From the NCBI RefSeq assembly GCF_004010195.1, contig NC_057719.1:79035678-79099677 (forward strand): a stretch of 64,000 bases of DNA, given 5' to 3'. The notes below the pieces were generated by a model. It saw only the letters and a program-made list of their open reading frames with translations. It was not told the origin of the DNA and ran no database searches. The stretch is from Chiloscyllium plagiosum (lineage: Eukaryota). Made by a program: the position numbers and the translations under genes. This document shows positions 27,245-41,419 of the stretch, in pieces (within the stretch, counting starts at the first letter, position 1; every line of letters starts with the position of its first letter).

Positions 27245-27510
27245 GGGCAGAATGGTGGCCTAGTGGTTACCCATGCTACCTCACAGCACCAGGGACCTGG
27301 GTTTAATTCCAGCCTCAGACAACTATCTGCGTGGAGTTTGCACGGGTTTCCGCCAGGTGCTCCAGTTTCCTCCCACAGTCCAAATATGTGCAGACTAGGT
27401 GGATTAGTCATGGCAAATGCAGGGTTACAGGTCTGCTTGTGATATTCGGAGGGTTAGTATGCACTCTATGGACTGAATGGCCTGGTTCCACACTGTAGGA
27501 ATTCTACAGA
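27245..27510 (+). mobile_element. HE1-type SINE
   Basis: ggtggcctagtggtt...cctgggtttaattccagcc...ctcccacagtcc. Confidence 0.85.
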
Positions 27511-28679
27511 TAAGGTTTCAAGTCCAATAAGATTATCGTTACACTACTATCACCACATATAGCAAGTGCAAACGTCAAGATAATCTGTTTTGTTGTCAAC
27601 TGTGCAATAAAAGTTATTGGTGGCTATTGGTCTCCTTCCCTCCTCCCCACTGCATTCCAGTGGCAAGGTAAACATGCTTCCAAACAGAAAGAGAAGGTAC
27701 TGCTGAGGTCAGACAAGTGAAATACCTTTATTATAAATACATGCTCCCCACAATCTCTCAGCCTTGGTTGACTTGGTGTGGTAGTGAATCAGGCAAACTA
27801 GGTTTGAGTTTGAGTCAGTGCAAAGCTACACAACTGATTTCATCTCGAGTGGAAAAACGTGGATATAATGGACTTAGACACCCAGTAGTAGGAAGTAGAA
27901 AAGAGAAAAAAATAATCAGACAAGATCCACAATTCTGATTCATGGGCTTGTGACTCCAGGAAGTGCATGTGCCAACAAATTGGATGAAGATATCTGGACC
28001 CTGTGCTCATCTCCTTGATTGCCATTGAGTGATATCCAGTATATAGAGTGCACTTACATCTGTGTGTGCATGCTTGCGAGCTGCAGGTATTTGGGAGTGA
28101 ATATGTATTTGTGACTGTGCGTGTTTTGCTGCGTTTATTGACAGAGTAGGTCTGTTTATTAGTGCATGCGTGCGTGTGCGTTTGATCCTGCACCCATATC
28201 TGTAGATGTCAAATGTTTATATTACTGTGCATCCATGTTGCGTGTCCGTTTTTAAGTTTGCACCTAGACCCAGGTACCTGCCTCTTAGAGTTGAGGATAA
28301 TCTATAACAGGTCAGATCTGAAAATGCAGCTTTGGTGATGAACAAAGAGAACAACACGACTGTACAGCACAGGAACAAGCCATTCAACCCACCAGACTGC
28401 ATCAACATAAGTTGACTTTCAGAGCTAAAACCTTTTGCTTCTACAATGTCCATAGCCCTAGACTTCCTGACTATTCATTATCTTGAAGAGGCAACTTTAC
28501 ACATTGCTATTCAATCTGCAGCCCCCTTTAACTTTATATTTTCTCCTTATTTCTTTCTACCTTATTCCTTCACTTTTCTGCTTAAGATGACAATATTGAA
28601 AATTTTTCACGGTACTGCTATACTTTTGTTCTTAAGTACTCATGACAATAAAGACAGAACCTAAACTAAAATCCTCCTG

Positions 28680-30950
28680 TGGCAGCACATTCCAGACATT
28701 AACCACCCTCTGCTCTCAACACCTTTAAAACACCTTTTTACCGAGTAATTCCCATTTCTATCCCAGGAGAAAGACTCCTACTATCCATTCTATCCAAGCC
28801 TTTCATACATTTTGTAATCAATGAAGTCATCTCTCATCATTCGAGGTTCAAGTGAAAACAAACCAAGTTTGTCCAAGCTCTCCCTATAGCTAATACCTTC
28901 AAGGAAGCATCTTAGTAAACCATTTCTGTTACCTCTCCAAAACCTCCACATCCTTCTGGTAGTGTGGTGACCAAAACTGTACACAATATTCCAAATGTGG
29001 CCTAAAATTTTATACAGCTGCAAAACAACTTGCCAATTTTCATACTCGATGTCCCAACTGATGAAGGCAAATACGCTATATGCCTTCCTGACCACCTTAT
29101 CCACTTGTGTCGGTGAATTCAGGGAACTGTGGACCAATACACCTAGCCCCCTCTGTATGTTGATGCTATTATGAGACCCGCCATTGACTGTATGCTTTCC
29201 TCCTGCATTTGAACTCCCAAAATGCATCACCTTGCCTTTGTCCAGATTAAAATCCATCCGCCATTTCTCCATCTGCAAAGTCTCCAGCCTATCTATATCC
29301 TTTTGTATCCTCTGGCAATCCTCCTCACTATCTGCAGCTCCCCCAATCTTTATGTTATCTGCAAACTTACTAATCAGACCACTTACATTCTCTTCCAAAT
29401 AAAAGACTAATGCCATTTACAAGTTCGCTGATGACACCACCATAGTCGGTTGAATCTCAGATGGCGGTGAAACAGGCTACAGATGCGAGGTGGAAGACCT
29501 GGAAAAATGGTGCACTGAGAACAACCTAGCTCTCAATACCAGCAAAACCAAGGAACTCATTATTGACTTCTGGTGGAATGTTACTCATGCCCCCCTACAC
29601 ATTAACAACATAGAGGTGGAATGAGTGGACAGTGTCAAACTCCTGGGAGTGGTCATCCACAACAAGCTTTCTTGGACTCATGTGGATGCACTGGTTACAA
29701 AGGCCCAACAATGCCTCCTCTTCCTCAGGCAGCTGAGGAAATTTGGTATGACAGTGAATCAGAGCTGAAAATGTGTTGCTGGAAAAGCGCAGCAGGTCAG
29801 GCAGCATCCAAGGAGCAGGAGAATCGACATTTCAGGCATAAGCTTTCCCGAAACGTCAATTCTCCTGCTCCTTGGATGCTGCCTGACCTGATGCGCTTTG
29901 CCAGCAACACATTTACAGCTCTGATCTCCAGCATCTGCAGTCCTCACTTTCTCCTCTATGACAGTGAATCCCCTTACCAACATTTATACGTGCACCATCG
30001 AAAGCATTCTGTCTGGATGTACCACTACCTGGTAGGGCAACTGTACCATTCAAGTTTGGAGATGGTTACAGAGAGTGGACTTGGCCCAGACAATCACAAA
30101 GACCAACCTCCCATCTATAGAATCCATCTACCAGGCCCGCTGATGGGGAAAGGCCGCCAGCATTGTCAAAGATCCATCCCACCCTGGCAATGTTTTTCTA
30201 CAACCTCTACCATCGGGGAGAAGGTACAGAAGCCGGAACACACACATCAGATGGTTTTGCAATAGTTTCTACCCTATGGTTGTTAGAATACTGAATGGAC
30301 ACTCAAACTCTTAACATTCACCTGTGTTTTGGTTTTTCTGCTGTTTACCTATTATCTACTATCTATGCTACTTAAATCTGTGATCTGCCTGTATTGCTCG
30401 CAAAACAAAGCTTTTCACTGTGCCTCGGTACACGTGACAATAAATTCAATTCAAAGATTTAAATATAACACAAACAAACAGCAGAGGTCCCAGCACTAAT
30501 TCCTGTGCAACACCACTGGTCACAGACCTCCAGTCAGAAAAACACTCCTCCACTACTATTCACTGTCTTCTATAACTAAACCAGTTCTGTATCCATCTTA
30601 GCAGCTCACTGCAGACTTCATCTTTTGTATCAGCTTGCCATGAGGAGCCTTGCTAAAGTCCATACAGACAACATCCACCGCCCTACTCTCAATCAATTTC
30701 GTCACTTCCTCAAAAAACAACCTAGTTTGTAAAACACGACCTCCCCCACACAAAGCCATGCTGCCCATCACTAATAAGACCATATTTTTCCAAACATGAA
30801 TAAACTCTGTCTTTAAGAATCCTCTCCAATAACTTCCCTACCATTGCCATAAAGCGCAATGGCTTGTAATTTCCCAGATCATCCCTGCTGATTTTCTCAA
30901 GCAAAGGGACAATGTTGCCTATTCTCCAGGCTTCTGGGACCTCTCCTGTG
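28680..30950 (-). mobile_element. Old CR1 LINE RT fragment, split by a Rex1/Babar insertion
   Basis: Peptides ISKFADNIKIGG..EDCQRIQKDIDRL, RAVDVVCMDFSKA and LGNYKPL. Confidence 0.85.
29403..30452 (+). mobile_element. Rex1/Babar-type LINE 3' portion containing a Penelope-type fold-back insert (29761-29956)
   Basis: Peptide IYKFADDTTIVG.ISDG.ETGYR.EVEDLEKWCTENNLALN and an aataaattcaattcaa tail. The insert is flanked by a 14-bp TSD tatgacagtgaatc. Confidence 0.8.
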
Positions 30951-31429
30951 AGGATACAAAGATCTTGTACAGGCAAAGGATTTCTTCCTAGTATACTGGC
31001 CAATATTTGACCCTCAATGCATGACCTAGAAATGGAGAGTTGACTAAATAAATTGGCTGTCACATTTCCAATGTTGCAACAGTGATTTCTCAACAAATTA
31101 AAAAGGTGGTTTGGGTGAAGCTCTGTGGGAGTTTCTGAAGTTATGTCTGGACCCTATGTAAATACAAGTCTTCTTTTAAACCGGGAATAGAAGTACAGGT
31201 CTGAAAATGCTATCTACCACTGCTAAAAGCAATCAGGATCTGGGAAAACCTGAGTTCCCGAACAAACGAGGCAAGAGTGCATGGGAGAGCACACCGGAGA
31301 AAAACAAATTGCTGGCAAAAAACTCAACAGGCCTGGCAGCATCCATGAAGAGAAAAGAGATAAATGTTTTTTGAGTCTAGAGACCCTTCTTGAGAACCCA
31401 TTAACATTGTGATCATTAATGATGTTAAT

Positions 31430-34179
31430 TGTAATAACAAAGACTAGGTAATAAGTAGATGTGAACTACTGAAATAATGTGGAACGAGTTGATAGGAAGT
31501 TAGGGGGAGTATTGTATAATGAGATTCATTCAAATCATGATGATGCAACTGACTCCACCATCAGTGAGAGAGAAGACGTGAGTCCAAGGGCAAGTAGGAG
31601 AGGTCCCAGATGCTCTATTAGATAACTGCATTTGTGAACCTACTATGCATGGATGTAAATAAAATTAAGAGTTGATTAACCTTATGCATAGATGAGGAGT
31701 AAGCAGCCTCAGGGACAGTGTAAATGCAGAGTGGGTAGCAGCTTCGAACCAAAGCCCAAGATAAATCAAAGACCATTTGACCAGCCTGGAAATACTGACT
31801 AACTTGCATTAACCTATTCTCCCTCCTCCTCAGTTTGTACCTCGGTTATGTGATGGGGAGGAGGGAATGATGCTGAGACTTGAGAGTTATTTTATGAAAT
31901 AATTTTGAGAAGCAGGTTAATGATCACTTACTGAGCCAACATTGGGAGAGTCTACCCCAGAGAGAATTCTGAGATAACACCACGATCCTCCAACTGGTTC
32001 ACCCCAAGATTATTGGCCAAAAGGATTGAGACAATTGACTGACTTAGAGAAAATAACCCATTGTCGTATCGTAATCAGGAGCATGAAGTGCCACACTCAT
32101 TGAGAAGTACTCAGGATTGGAGTCATTGGGGAAGCAGGGGCTAAAGCCAGTTCTGCCCTGGGAAAGCTGTGCTGGGGCCCAGGAAGTTAGGGAAGCCAAA
32201 TCCCCACCAGATTATTGACACGGAAACCAAGAACAGAGTAGACTCAGGGCTAGGGTAGTTGCCCAGATAGGGGGAAGATTTACCAGAAAGAGGTGGAAGA
32301 TCAAGGGAAGGGTTTCCTAACACCCTGGCTGGAGAGCAGGATGCTGCCCCCACCACTTTAACAACATCAAAATATTCCTCGCCAACAGACTGTTTGTCCT
32401 CTGGTACCAGTGAACCATCCCCAGTTGTCACATTTGTATAACTTATTTATCCAACCAACTAATGTATCCTATCTAAACTAGAGGCTGAATAGGCTGGGGT
32501 TATTTTCTCTGCAGCTTTAGAGGCGGAGGGGTGACCTTATAGAGGTTTATAAAATCATGAGAGGCATAGATAGAGTGAATAGACTAGGTCTTTTTCACAG
32601 GGTAGGGGAGTCCAAAACTAGAGGGGCATAGGTACAGGGCGAGCGAGGAAGGATTTACAAAGGAGCTAAGGGACAACATTTTCACACAGAGGGTGGTGCA
32701 TGTATGGAATGAGTTGCGAGGCTGGTATAACTACAACATTTTAAAAGGCATCTGGTGGCAAATGAATAGGAAGGGTTGAGAGGGATATGGGCCAAGTGCT
32801 AACAAATGGGATTAGATTAATTTAGGGTATCTGGTCAACATGGATGAGTCGGACTGAAGGGTCTGTTTCTGCACTGTAATACTCTACTGCTTCTTCACAA
32901 ACTCAATAAATTATCAGAAAATGGCAATAAATTACCAACTACTTATAATTAGGTTGACTGAGATCACAAACTGCACCAAAGCAACTGTTACTGAGGTGTT
33001 GTAGTGACAGCTTAACCATAAGGGATTTAGATCACATCAGTGTTCAGAGCTGTAATTGACATGTACCACAGAGTAGCAGCAAATCTCTGCATCACACTAT
33101 GTTCACTGAGAGAATTTCAGGTGACTTCACAAAAATCTCACTGCAAGACTTGATGAGCTCAACTGTAACACTGACAAGTAAATAGCTAATCCATTAACTC
33201 TGACCGGTTATCTCTTTCAATTATCCTGAGCTCACTACAGACTGCCCAATAGTAAAACTTAACAGCACCTGAGGAATGTGAGTGTATAAAGATTTATGAG
33301 CAGCAATAACTCACCAGCTAGACCTTTGTATTTTAAGTGAAATCTAGCAGGAACTGGAACTCACCCCTATGAGAGGGAAACAGAAATATCAATTACATTT
33401 TTCTGATTAAGCGAATTCTGCTCTTTGTGGACTTTGCTTCTTTCCTGGTAATTTGGGTGTCTTGAGAATCCGTGATTTCCCTCACTTTCCCATAGTCAAC
33501 TGTTTCTTTAGCAGCCATGACCCCACATTCTAGAACTGTCCCTTAAACTTTCCTCACTTTTTAATTCCATGAAATTCATAAAAGGCTTATGAGCCCTCCC
33601 CCCTGAACAGCTCTTGGCCTGCTTTAATACTTCCTTTTGTAGCTGGGTGTCACATTTATTTGAAAAATGCTCCCATGAAGCAACTTGGGATATTTCACTG
33701 CATTCAGGTGCTGTATAAATGCAAGTTGTTCCAACTGCAAGATCCATGCAGTGATATCTTGCCCCATTCTCCTCTGTGATGTCTGACAACAAGTACAATA
33801 CATTGCTAATGTATATCACAGGTAGTCCTATCCTCCCCACTGTTCGTCTAAGCACACTTCACAGGGAGGAGGTCACAAGGAAGCATCAGTGAGGGGTGAT
33901 GAGATTCATGTAAATTATGATGCTATAATTGATCACATGACTCAAATCAGCAAGGTGGAAGATACCTGTTGACAATGAATGTTGTAAACAGTCTTAGACA
34001 CGACACTAGAGAACACTGCATTTGATAACCTGTGTGCAAATGCAAATAAAGGAGTGTTAAAGTACAAAGCAGTTGAAGATTTAGTGATAAGCAGAAAGCA
34101 ACTTTGGGAACAGTATGAATGTAGACATCCACAACCCGAGACAAGTTCAAAATTTCTAATGTCCAGGTAGCAGTATTAT
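31430..34179 (-). pseudogene. Unidentified multi-exon gene relic, 3' exon cluster
   Basis: Phase-compatible AG/GT-bounded segments: 34179-34102 (DNTATWTLEILNLSRVVDVYIHTVPK), 34029-33966 (GYQMQCSLVSCLRLFTTFIVN), 33847-33735 (RRTVGRIGLPVIYISNVLYLLSDITEENGARYHCMDLA) and 33499-33397 (VDYGKVREITDSQDTQITRKE...). Further candidates: 33366-33315, 33268-33236, about 32430-31931 and 31785-31681. Stops are present. Confidence 0.6.
32475..32885 (+). mobile_element. CR1/HER1 LINE 3' fragment
   Basis: gagaggctgaataggctgggg...gagggtggtgcatgtatggaatgag...ggactgaagggtctgtttc. Confidence 0.88.
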
Positions 34180-35304
34180 CTTAAAACGGATGATAAAGAA
34201 AAAGTATGATGCAGGTTTCGCAACCCTTTTATTTCCCATTCCCATAGCTTGAAAGCAGAGGTTGGTAGGAAGCAGAGGTTAACTGATGTGCTCTGACTGA
34301 AGCGGATGGATCATCATCCCAGATAACCCAAAAATATATCAAACTTTAATTACAATGCGCTTTTTAAACCAAAAGGACTGAATCAGGGGAAGTTATTGCG
34401 GATGTAAATCCAGTGGCTTGTCTGGAGAGAGAGTACCCCTGGAAGGCTTACATCGGTTAATATATCAAGGAAGCTTCAAATCAATGGGCTTAAAAGGCAG
34501 AAATGTGCTTCAAACTGAATTACTGTCTTCTGGGAATTCTCAAACCATGAACATAGTGGAAGAGAAGTCAGCAAGAGATATGTTTTGTGTTTTCTCTTTC
34601 AAGAGAAAGAGTTAAACACTAGTCTGTGTGTTCTTGTGGAAGGCATATGTATACAAATGAACTGGTGTGTGTGTGTGCCAATGGCGGAGGTATTCATGTA
34701 CACTAGCCAGGGTTCGAGTGCTAATGTGATCTGAATGTCAAAGAATAATCCATAATCAAATATTCAATTAAAAACTATGTATTTTATAGCTTTTCTTGGC
34801 CTCAACTCTCATTTTTAATCATTGTGTATGTGTTGTATTATTATTTTTGTTTGTATTTGTCAATGATAAACTAACTTTATTGCTACCTTAAGAAAGCCTG
34901 CTTAAATTGTTATTAACATTTCAAAAGGAGCCAAAGATAGTGACAAGGGATAAATCCCTTTGTAAATTAACCTTGTTGCAGCCAACTGAGGAGAGGGAGG
35001 TGGTGGGTGTGAATACTGAAGGGGACCCAGCTGCTCACTACACTATGGGGATTTGCTGACCCAATAGCATTCCCAGTCAGTGGAACTGTCCACACTTCCA
35101 TTGAGGGAAATTTGACTAATTCCAGGGAATTGCCATGAATTTTAAAGGGAATGGAAAAAGCATAGGATGTAGAAGAGATTGGGGAACTGGATGAGGGAAG
35201 GAGCGAGGTGAAGACAATAGAATTGGGGAGGATAGAAATGGAAGAAATTTCGAGAATGGGTAAGGAATTCCTGGAAGGCAAAGAATAATTATTTTTGTGC
35301 TTAT

Positions 35305-36439
35305 CATGCCGCTAAAAGAATATTTATAGAGTCTGCTGAAGTGAGGAAAACTTTCATTGTTTTTAAACAACCATCTTGCCATCCCATAAGAGACACTGCA
35401 CTCACCTCCTGCGATGATGTACACGGTGTCACATTAGCACGTCATTAAAATGAGCCTTCACTTCTGATACTACAGAAATGAGTTGGAGCGGAAGGAAAAA
35501 GGAATGGACGAGGAGGTGGAATGGGAAGGAAAGGAATGAGAAAAAAAATTGGGAACAGGGAGGGAATGGGATCTTAGTTCTGAAGTTTAGTGTGGTGGAT
35601 TCTGGGACATTGACAGATTTTTAATTAGTAATGGGCTGAAGGGTTACGGGGGGCAGGCAGGGAAGTGAGGTTGAGGCCAAGGTGAGCGCACCATAATCGT
35701 AACAAATGGCAGAGCAGGCTCAAGGGGCTGAATTGCCTACTCCTGCTCCTAGCTCCTATGTTACTCAATGACCAATGAGTTATCTAACTAACTTGCACAC
35801 TCCATGGACAAGTGTAAATATTTGCAATTGATTTAAGACTTTGGTTCCATTTTTAATTTAATGAACAAGGAGTATTGCTCTGGGAATTTTAATATACTTA
35901 TTGCGCCAGTCTCCAGTCATACCATCAAAACAAATCCTTTGCAATTACATGGCAACAATCACCATTGTTCCCCTCCCCCCTTTTTTCAAATGGATCAACC
36001 CTCTGTATGATGTCATAAATTGACCTTCACAATATGACATCATTTAGCGGTACAATCCACTAGGACCAAGGGGAGAAGTAGTCCTTTGCCCAAAAGGGTA
36101 TAAAAAGATGAACACATCTGGGGTAGGTTTGGAAAGGAACTTGACCCTTGTTTAAACTCAAGGGGCTCACTGTCAATGATTTGGATTTTATTGTAGCATT
36201 TAAGCTCCAGTACGAGCTTACTCTGGTATGAAAGTGGCAATGTTCAATGTCAACCTATATTTACCTTCACTCGGTAAACATGACACTTCATGAATCACGA
36301 ACACAAGCGGCTTCCTCATGGCAATAAAAGGACAAAAATCTAAATTAATTCATTTTGCAACTTTTCAAAATTGTGGGAAGCATTCAGAATGAGGTTACTC
36401 ACCTTTTGTAATAGTACCATGGCCTTACATTCAAATATC
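35305..36439 (-). pseudogene. Unidentified gene relic, six phase-matched small exons
   Basis: 36439-36403, 36314-36265, 36117-36025, 35936-35902, 35469-35406 and 35335-35305 join in consistent phases to IFECKAMVLLQK-EAACVRDS*SVMFTE*R-CVHLFIPFWAKDYFSPWS*WIVPLNDVIL*R-ICFDGMTGDWRI-SEVKAHFNDVLM*HRVHHRRS-RLYKYSFSGM. Two donors read ataag instead of gtaag. Confidence 0.65.
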
Positions 36440-36957
36440 CTAAATAAAAATATTTTAAAAAAACTTTCATTTATCAGTTGTTAAATTCTAAATCAGAGGT
36501 AGTACCATTTTTGTTAAGCAAAGGCATTAAGAGATATGGATCAAAGGCAGATATGTGGAGTTCAGCCATTCTCTCATTAAATGGTGAAATAGGCTCAAGG
36601 GGCCAAGTGGCTCATTCCTGTTCCTGGTGTTTTACGTGGCCCTGGAACATTTACATACAAACATATGAATCAGGCGCTTGAGTGAGTCAGCCAGCCCCAG
36701 AGTCTGCTTCGGCATTCAATAAAATCATGGCTGGTCAGATTGTAACTTCAAATCTACCATCCTTTCCCCTTTCGTCCCCTTCTTCACAAGGCTCTACCAC
36801 CACTTTAAAAATCTTCAAGGACTTTGCTTCCACTACCTTTTCAGAAAGTGTTCCAAAGATTCACAATACTCTGGAAGGACAAAAAAAATGCCTAAACTCG
36901 GTTTTGAATGGCCAATCCTTGCCACCCAATACATCAGTTTTCACAGAAGAGTTAATA

Positions 36958-38095
36958 TAAGGCGTTCGACAAGGTTCCCATGGGAGACTGGTTAGCAAGG
37001 TTAGATCTCATGGAATGCAGGGAGAACTAGCCATTTAGATAGAGAACTGGCTCAAAAGGTAGAAGACAGAGGGTGGTGGTGGAGGGTTGTTTTTCAGACT
37101 GGAGGCCTGTGACCAGTGGAGTGCCACAAGGATTGGTGCTGGGTCCTCTACTTTTTGTCATTTGTATAAATGACTTGGATGTGAATATTGTAGCAGATGA
37201 CACCAAAATTGGAGGTGTTTGGACAATAAAGAAGGTTACCTCAGATTACAAGGGGATCTTGATCAGATGGGTCAACGGGCTGAGGAGTGGCTGATGGAAT
37301 TTAATTTAGATAAATGCAAGGTGCTACTTTTGGGAAAGCAAATCTTTGCAGGACTTATACACTTAAATGGCAAGGTCCTAGGGCATGTTGCTGAACAAAG
37401 AGACCATGGAGTGCAGGTTCATAGCTCCTTGAAAGTGGAGTCACAGGTAGATAGGATAGTGAAGGTGTTTGGTATTCTCTCTTTTATTGGTCAAAGTATT
37501 GAGTACAGGAGTTGGGAGGTCATGTTGCTCCTGTGCAGGACATTGGTTAGGCCACTGTTGGAATATTGTGCGCAATTCTGGACTCCTTCCCATTGGAAGG
37601 ATGTTGTGAAATGTGAAAGGTATCAGAAATGAGTTACAGGATGTTGCCTGGGTTGGAGGATTTGAGCTATATAGGGAGACGTTGAACAGGCTTGGGCTGT
37701 TTGCCCTGGAGCGTCGGAGGCTGAGGAGTGATTTATAGAGGTTTATAAGATTAGGAGGGGTTTTGATAGGATAAATAGACAGAAATCTCTTCCCTGGGGT
37801 GGGGAGTCCAGAACCAGAGGAAATAGGTTTAGGGCGAGAGGGGAAAGAGACCTAAGGGGCAACCTTTTCATGTAAAGGGTGGTACGTGTATGGAATGAGC
37901 TGCCAGAGGAAGTGATGGAGGCTGGTATGTTTGCAGCATTTAAAAGGCATTTGGATGGATTTATGATTAGGAAGGGTTTGGAGGCATATGGGCCGGGTGC
38001 TGGCAGGTGGGACTAGATTAGGTTGGGATATCTGGTTAGCATGGACAGGTTGGACCGAAGGGTCTGTTTCCATGCTGTACATCTCTATGACTCTG
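36958..38095 (+). mobile_element. 5'-truncated CR1/HER1 LINE
   Basis: [34 protein letters not shown] and a complete 3' UTR. Confidence 0.95.
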
Positions 38096-38699
38096 TGGTC
38101 CATCATGCCTTTCCCTGGTTTTGTGAAGAGACTACCCAATTACTCCCACCGCCCCTGCTCTTTCTCCAAGTTTCCTTTTCAAGTGTTTATTCAAGTTCCC
38201 CTCGAATCTTTCTATTGAATCTGCCCGCGCCACCATTTTGGGCAATGCATTGATAACAATTCAGATCAAGCATAACAGTTTTGTGGATAAAAAAATTCCA
38301 TTAACATTTACAGTAGTCTGGAAAAAGCATTCAGTCAATCGGTGGATTAACAATCTGCTTTCCGGTTTCTCCAAATAGTTACTCCATCAAAAATCCTCAT
38401 AACTTTCAATGCCTCTATCAAATCTGATCAACATTTTCTACATCGAGATCAGCCATAGCTTTGTCCAGACTGTCTCTCAGAAGTGGGACCCACAATCCTT
38501 GCAACTCAAAGCATTGAAGGCGCCTGCCTCCTCTTATATTTCTGGTCGAAATAAAGGTGACTCAGGGGTGGCACAATAGCTCAGTGGTTAGCACTGCCAT
38601 CTCATTGGGGCAGGAACACTTGTTCGATTCCATCCTCGGGCAACTGAGGGGTGGACTTGATGGGCCAATTGTCCTGCTTCCCCAATGTAGGGACTCTAT

Positions 38700-39220
38700 A
38701 ATAAAACAACAGAAGGCTAGGCTTGAGGATTCAGATCAAGCACCACTGCTTGCAACGCTCTGGTCCAGCAACCCCCATCTCATCAAAACTCTATGCATTC
38801 TTGTCACGAGATGGGAAGAGAGGCTTTCCCATATCCCCATCTTAGGAGTTAAGCCACCAACCTCACCTCTACAACTTCTGTTTCCAGACAATCCAGAATT
38901 GTCTCAATGGGTTGTTAAAATGCCAGTACGCAGTCCCCTGTGAGTTATTGCAAGTGCCACCTTTCCCTCTGTCACAGGACAGCAAGTACCATTGGTCGAT
39001 TTCCCTCTTCAGCAGGGTATAGCAGATCCATTCCATCAGTTCCAAAGTTCTGAGACCTCGGGTGTTCCTTCCAATTTTCTATTTTTGTACATCCCTATTA
39101 TCCTTTGCACTGCTATTTGCACTATCCTCACCATGCAGACAGCAACAACCAGCTGCATTCATGTGATGCGCAGACAAAACAATGTCAGGAAGGGATCATT
39201 TTATTAGACACCAACAAGCT
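38700..39220 (-). pseudogene. Unidentified gene relic, larger decayed exon
   Basis: Acceptor ccatttcag followed by protein-like frames NDPFLTLFCLRIT*MQLVVAVCMVRIVQIAVQRII and LELMEWICYTLLKREIDQWYLLSCDRGKGGTCNNSQGTAYWHFNNPLRQFWIVWKQKL*...SFDEMGVAGPERCKQWCLI. Confidence 0.5.
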
Positions 39221-39789
39221 GAAATGGAGCATTGATCAAAGCAGACTTGGGAAAGGAATAAGAGAGTTCTTCAGCAAATTACAGGTTCAGACAATTTACT
39301 GAGGTGAAGTCTTAATGGAAGCACTATAGTGCCCTGGCAAATTTCCTGTCTAGGTAACAACACTCACCATAACCTCTGGCTCCATTTAATTTACATTATT
39401 TTTTCTCCCCCTTCGGTTCATCTTTTAATCATTTCTTGCTGAATTCCCTTTCTTTGTGTTCAGATGGCTATTGTCACTCATTCCTCTTCATGACATTTCT
39501 TCATTTCTGTATTTAAATTGATAAGCACTCCATTTGACTTTTGCACCAGGAAACCTTCCACCATCCAGCCTCTCCCACACCCCAACCGATCACAGAACTC
39601 CACCACTGTGTATTTGCCAGTAAATCCTACCTCCTCTCACTTGCTTAAAAAAAATAACAGTTTGCAATTTCTGTTGTTCTTCAGTTTTGACCGAGAGTCA
39701 ATCTGAAACGCTAACTTTGCTTCGCTTTGAGCTTTTTCTGAATTTTCTACTTTTATTTCAGATTTCCATCATCTATTGTATATTGCCAA

Positions 39790-41270
39790 GGTAGCAACAA
39801 CGAGATGACAGCTAAAGCCTTGTACTGGCTCATCTGCGTTTGCTTCCAATCTTCTTCAGACAACAGCCCCAAGAGACAGATTGACTAGTTTGTTGGCAGA
39901 TGAAGCATGAATGTGACTTTTCAAAACAGGAACTGGCAGGAAGGCTCACTGAGTTAGTCAAAGCCTCCATATCCTAAAAGCCTTTAGGGAGGATCATCTG
40001 GTCATTGATAAAGGGCTGAACTCTTACTTCAGGATGGACACGTATGAAATTCATAGTAGCACGCCAACAATGGTTTCATGCCTTAGGTGCAGCCAACAAT
40101 ATTGTTACAGTCAGCAAAACGCACCAAACCCACAAAATCTGGAATAGATGTCGGTTGTAACTGCCCAGCTTTTTGTGATATTGGCAAAGCATTTGGCACC
40201 AAGGGACATTGGAATCAGATTTCTGCACATGCCCAAAGGCCAAGTCAGACCACAGAACAAAACACAGGTAACCAACACAATGGTATAACATCACAACACC
40301 GGCAGCAAGGATTTTGCAGCAGATAAATGAGATGCAGAGTCAACCGAGGGAAAGCTAAATGCCAGAAGATGACCATGTTTTCCACACTGTTAACCTTATA
40401 CACCATATTGACACTACAAGGTGATCAGAATTCTTTATAATCATGACAAACACATGTTCTGAAAAGTCCAGACAACAAGCAATATTGGAGCTACAGCCAA
40501 CATTTTATAATTATGCATTCTGAAAAGATAGATCCTTCAGCAAATGGCACTTCCTGATACAGTCTATGAAAGACTGTCTCAGTTTTTATTGGATCACCAG
40601 CTTCATGCACTGGCAGATTGTAGTACCAATCCACTTGAAGCTTACCTGGGCTTCCTAAAAACTTCTAATTGTTAGATACCAACCATCAAGCTGTGACAGG
40701 CCTGCAAGTATGCACAGATCTCTGTACAATCACAACTCAGAATTCAAACCATACCTACTATGGTGGAGCAGACCACATTCAATGCAATCAAATCAGTCAC
40801 CAATCTGCAAAGGTATGACTTCAAAGTGAAATATAACCAAGATTATTATATTTGGCACCCAGAGACCAAGATATTCCACAAGTTAATTCTTTGACTATGA
40901 AGGTGAAGACATTCTCAAGGTTGATATGTTGCACTTCATCCACACCCAGAGCCAACACTTACAATTGGCAACTATAGAAGAGGACCAGCTATAACAGGTG
41001 CAAAAGATCATGATCTAGGGTTGGCCTGATTATATGAAAAAAGTATCTGAGAAGATTTATTCATTTTAACCAGAGCACAATTAGTTCAGCTGCACATGTT
41101 AGGAGGAAGTCATAGGGATCAGCAGCAGTAACAGAGTATTTGATCATTACAGAAATAGGTATTTCCACAACTGTACACATGACTTTAGGATGGCAATGTT
41201 GCCTCCCTATATCGAAGGTCGTGGATGTCAATGGGATGCAGGAATTCTTCTGCAGAAGGATGACCAGGCA
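39790..41270 (+). mobile_element. Highly decayed Gypsy-like internal fragment (gag/protease/start of RT)
   Basis: Zinc-knuckle remnant CPAFCDIGKAFGTKGHW. The rest is heavily interrupted. Confidence 0.5.
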
Positions 41271-41419
41271 GAGGGTCTACGTCAGTAACAATTTCTTAAG
41301 TAGGGTGAGCCTGAAATCCGATTTCAGGGAGCTCGGAAAGGAGACTGAAAAGTGGAACAACTCACTATAATCTTAGGATTATATTCAGTCCCATATGTTA
41401 GTCAGGATAGAAAGAGGAC

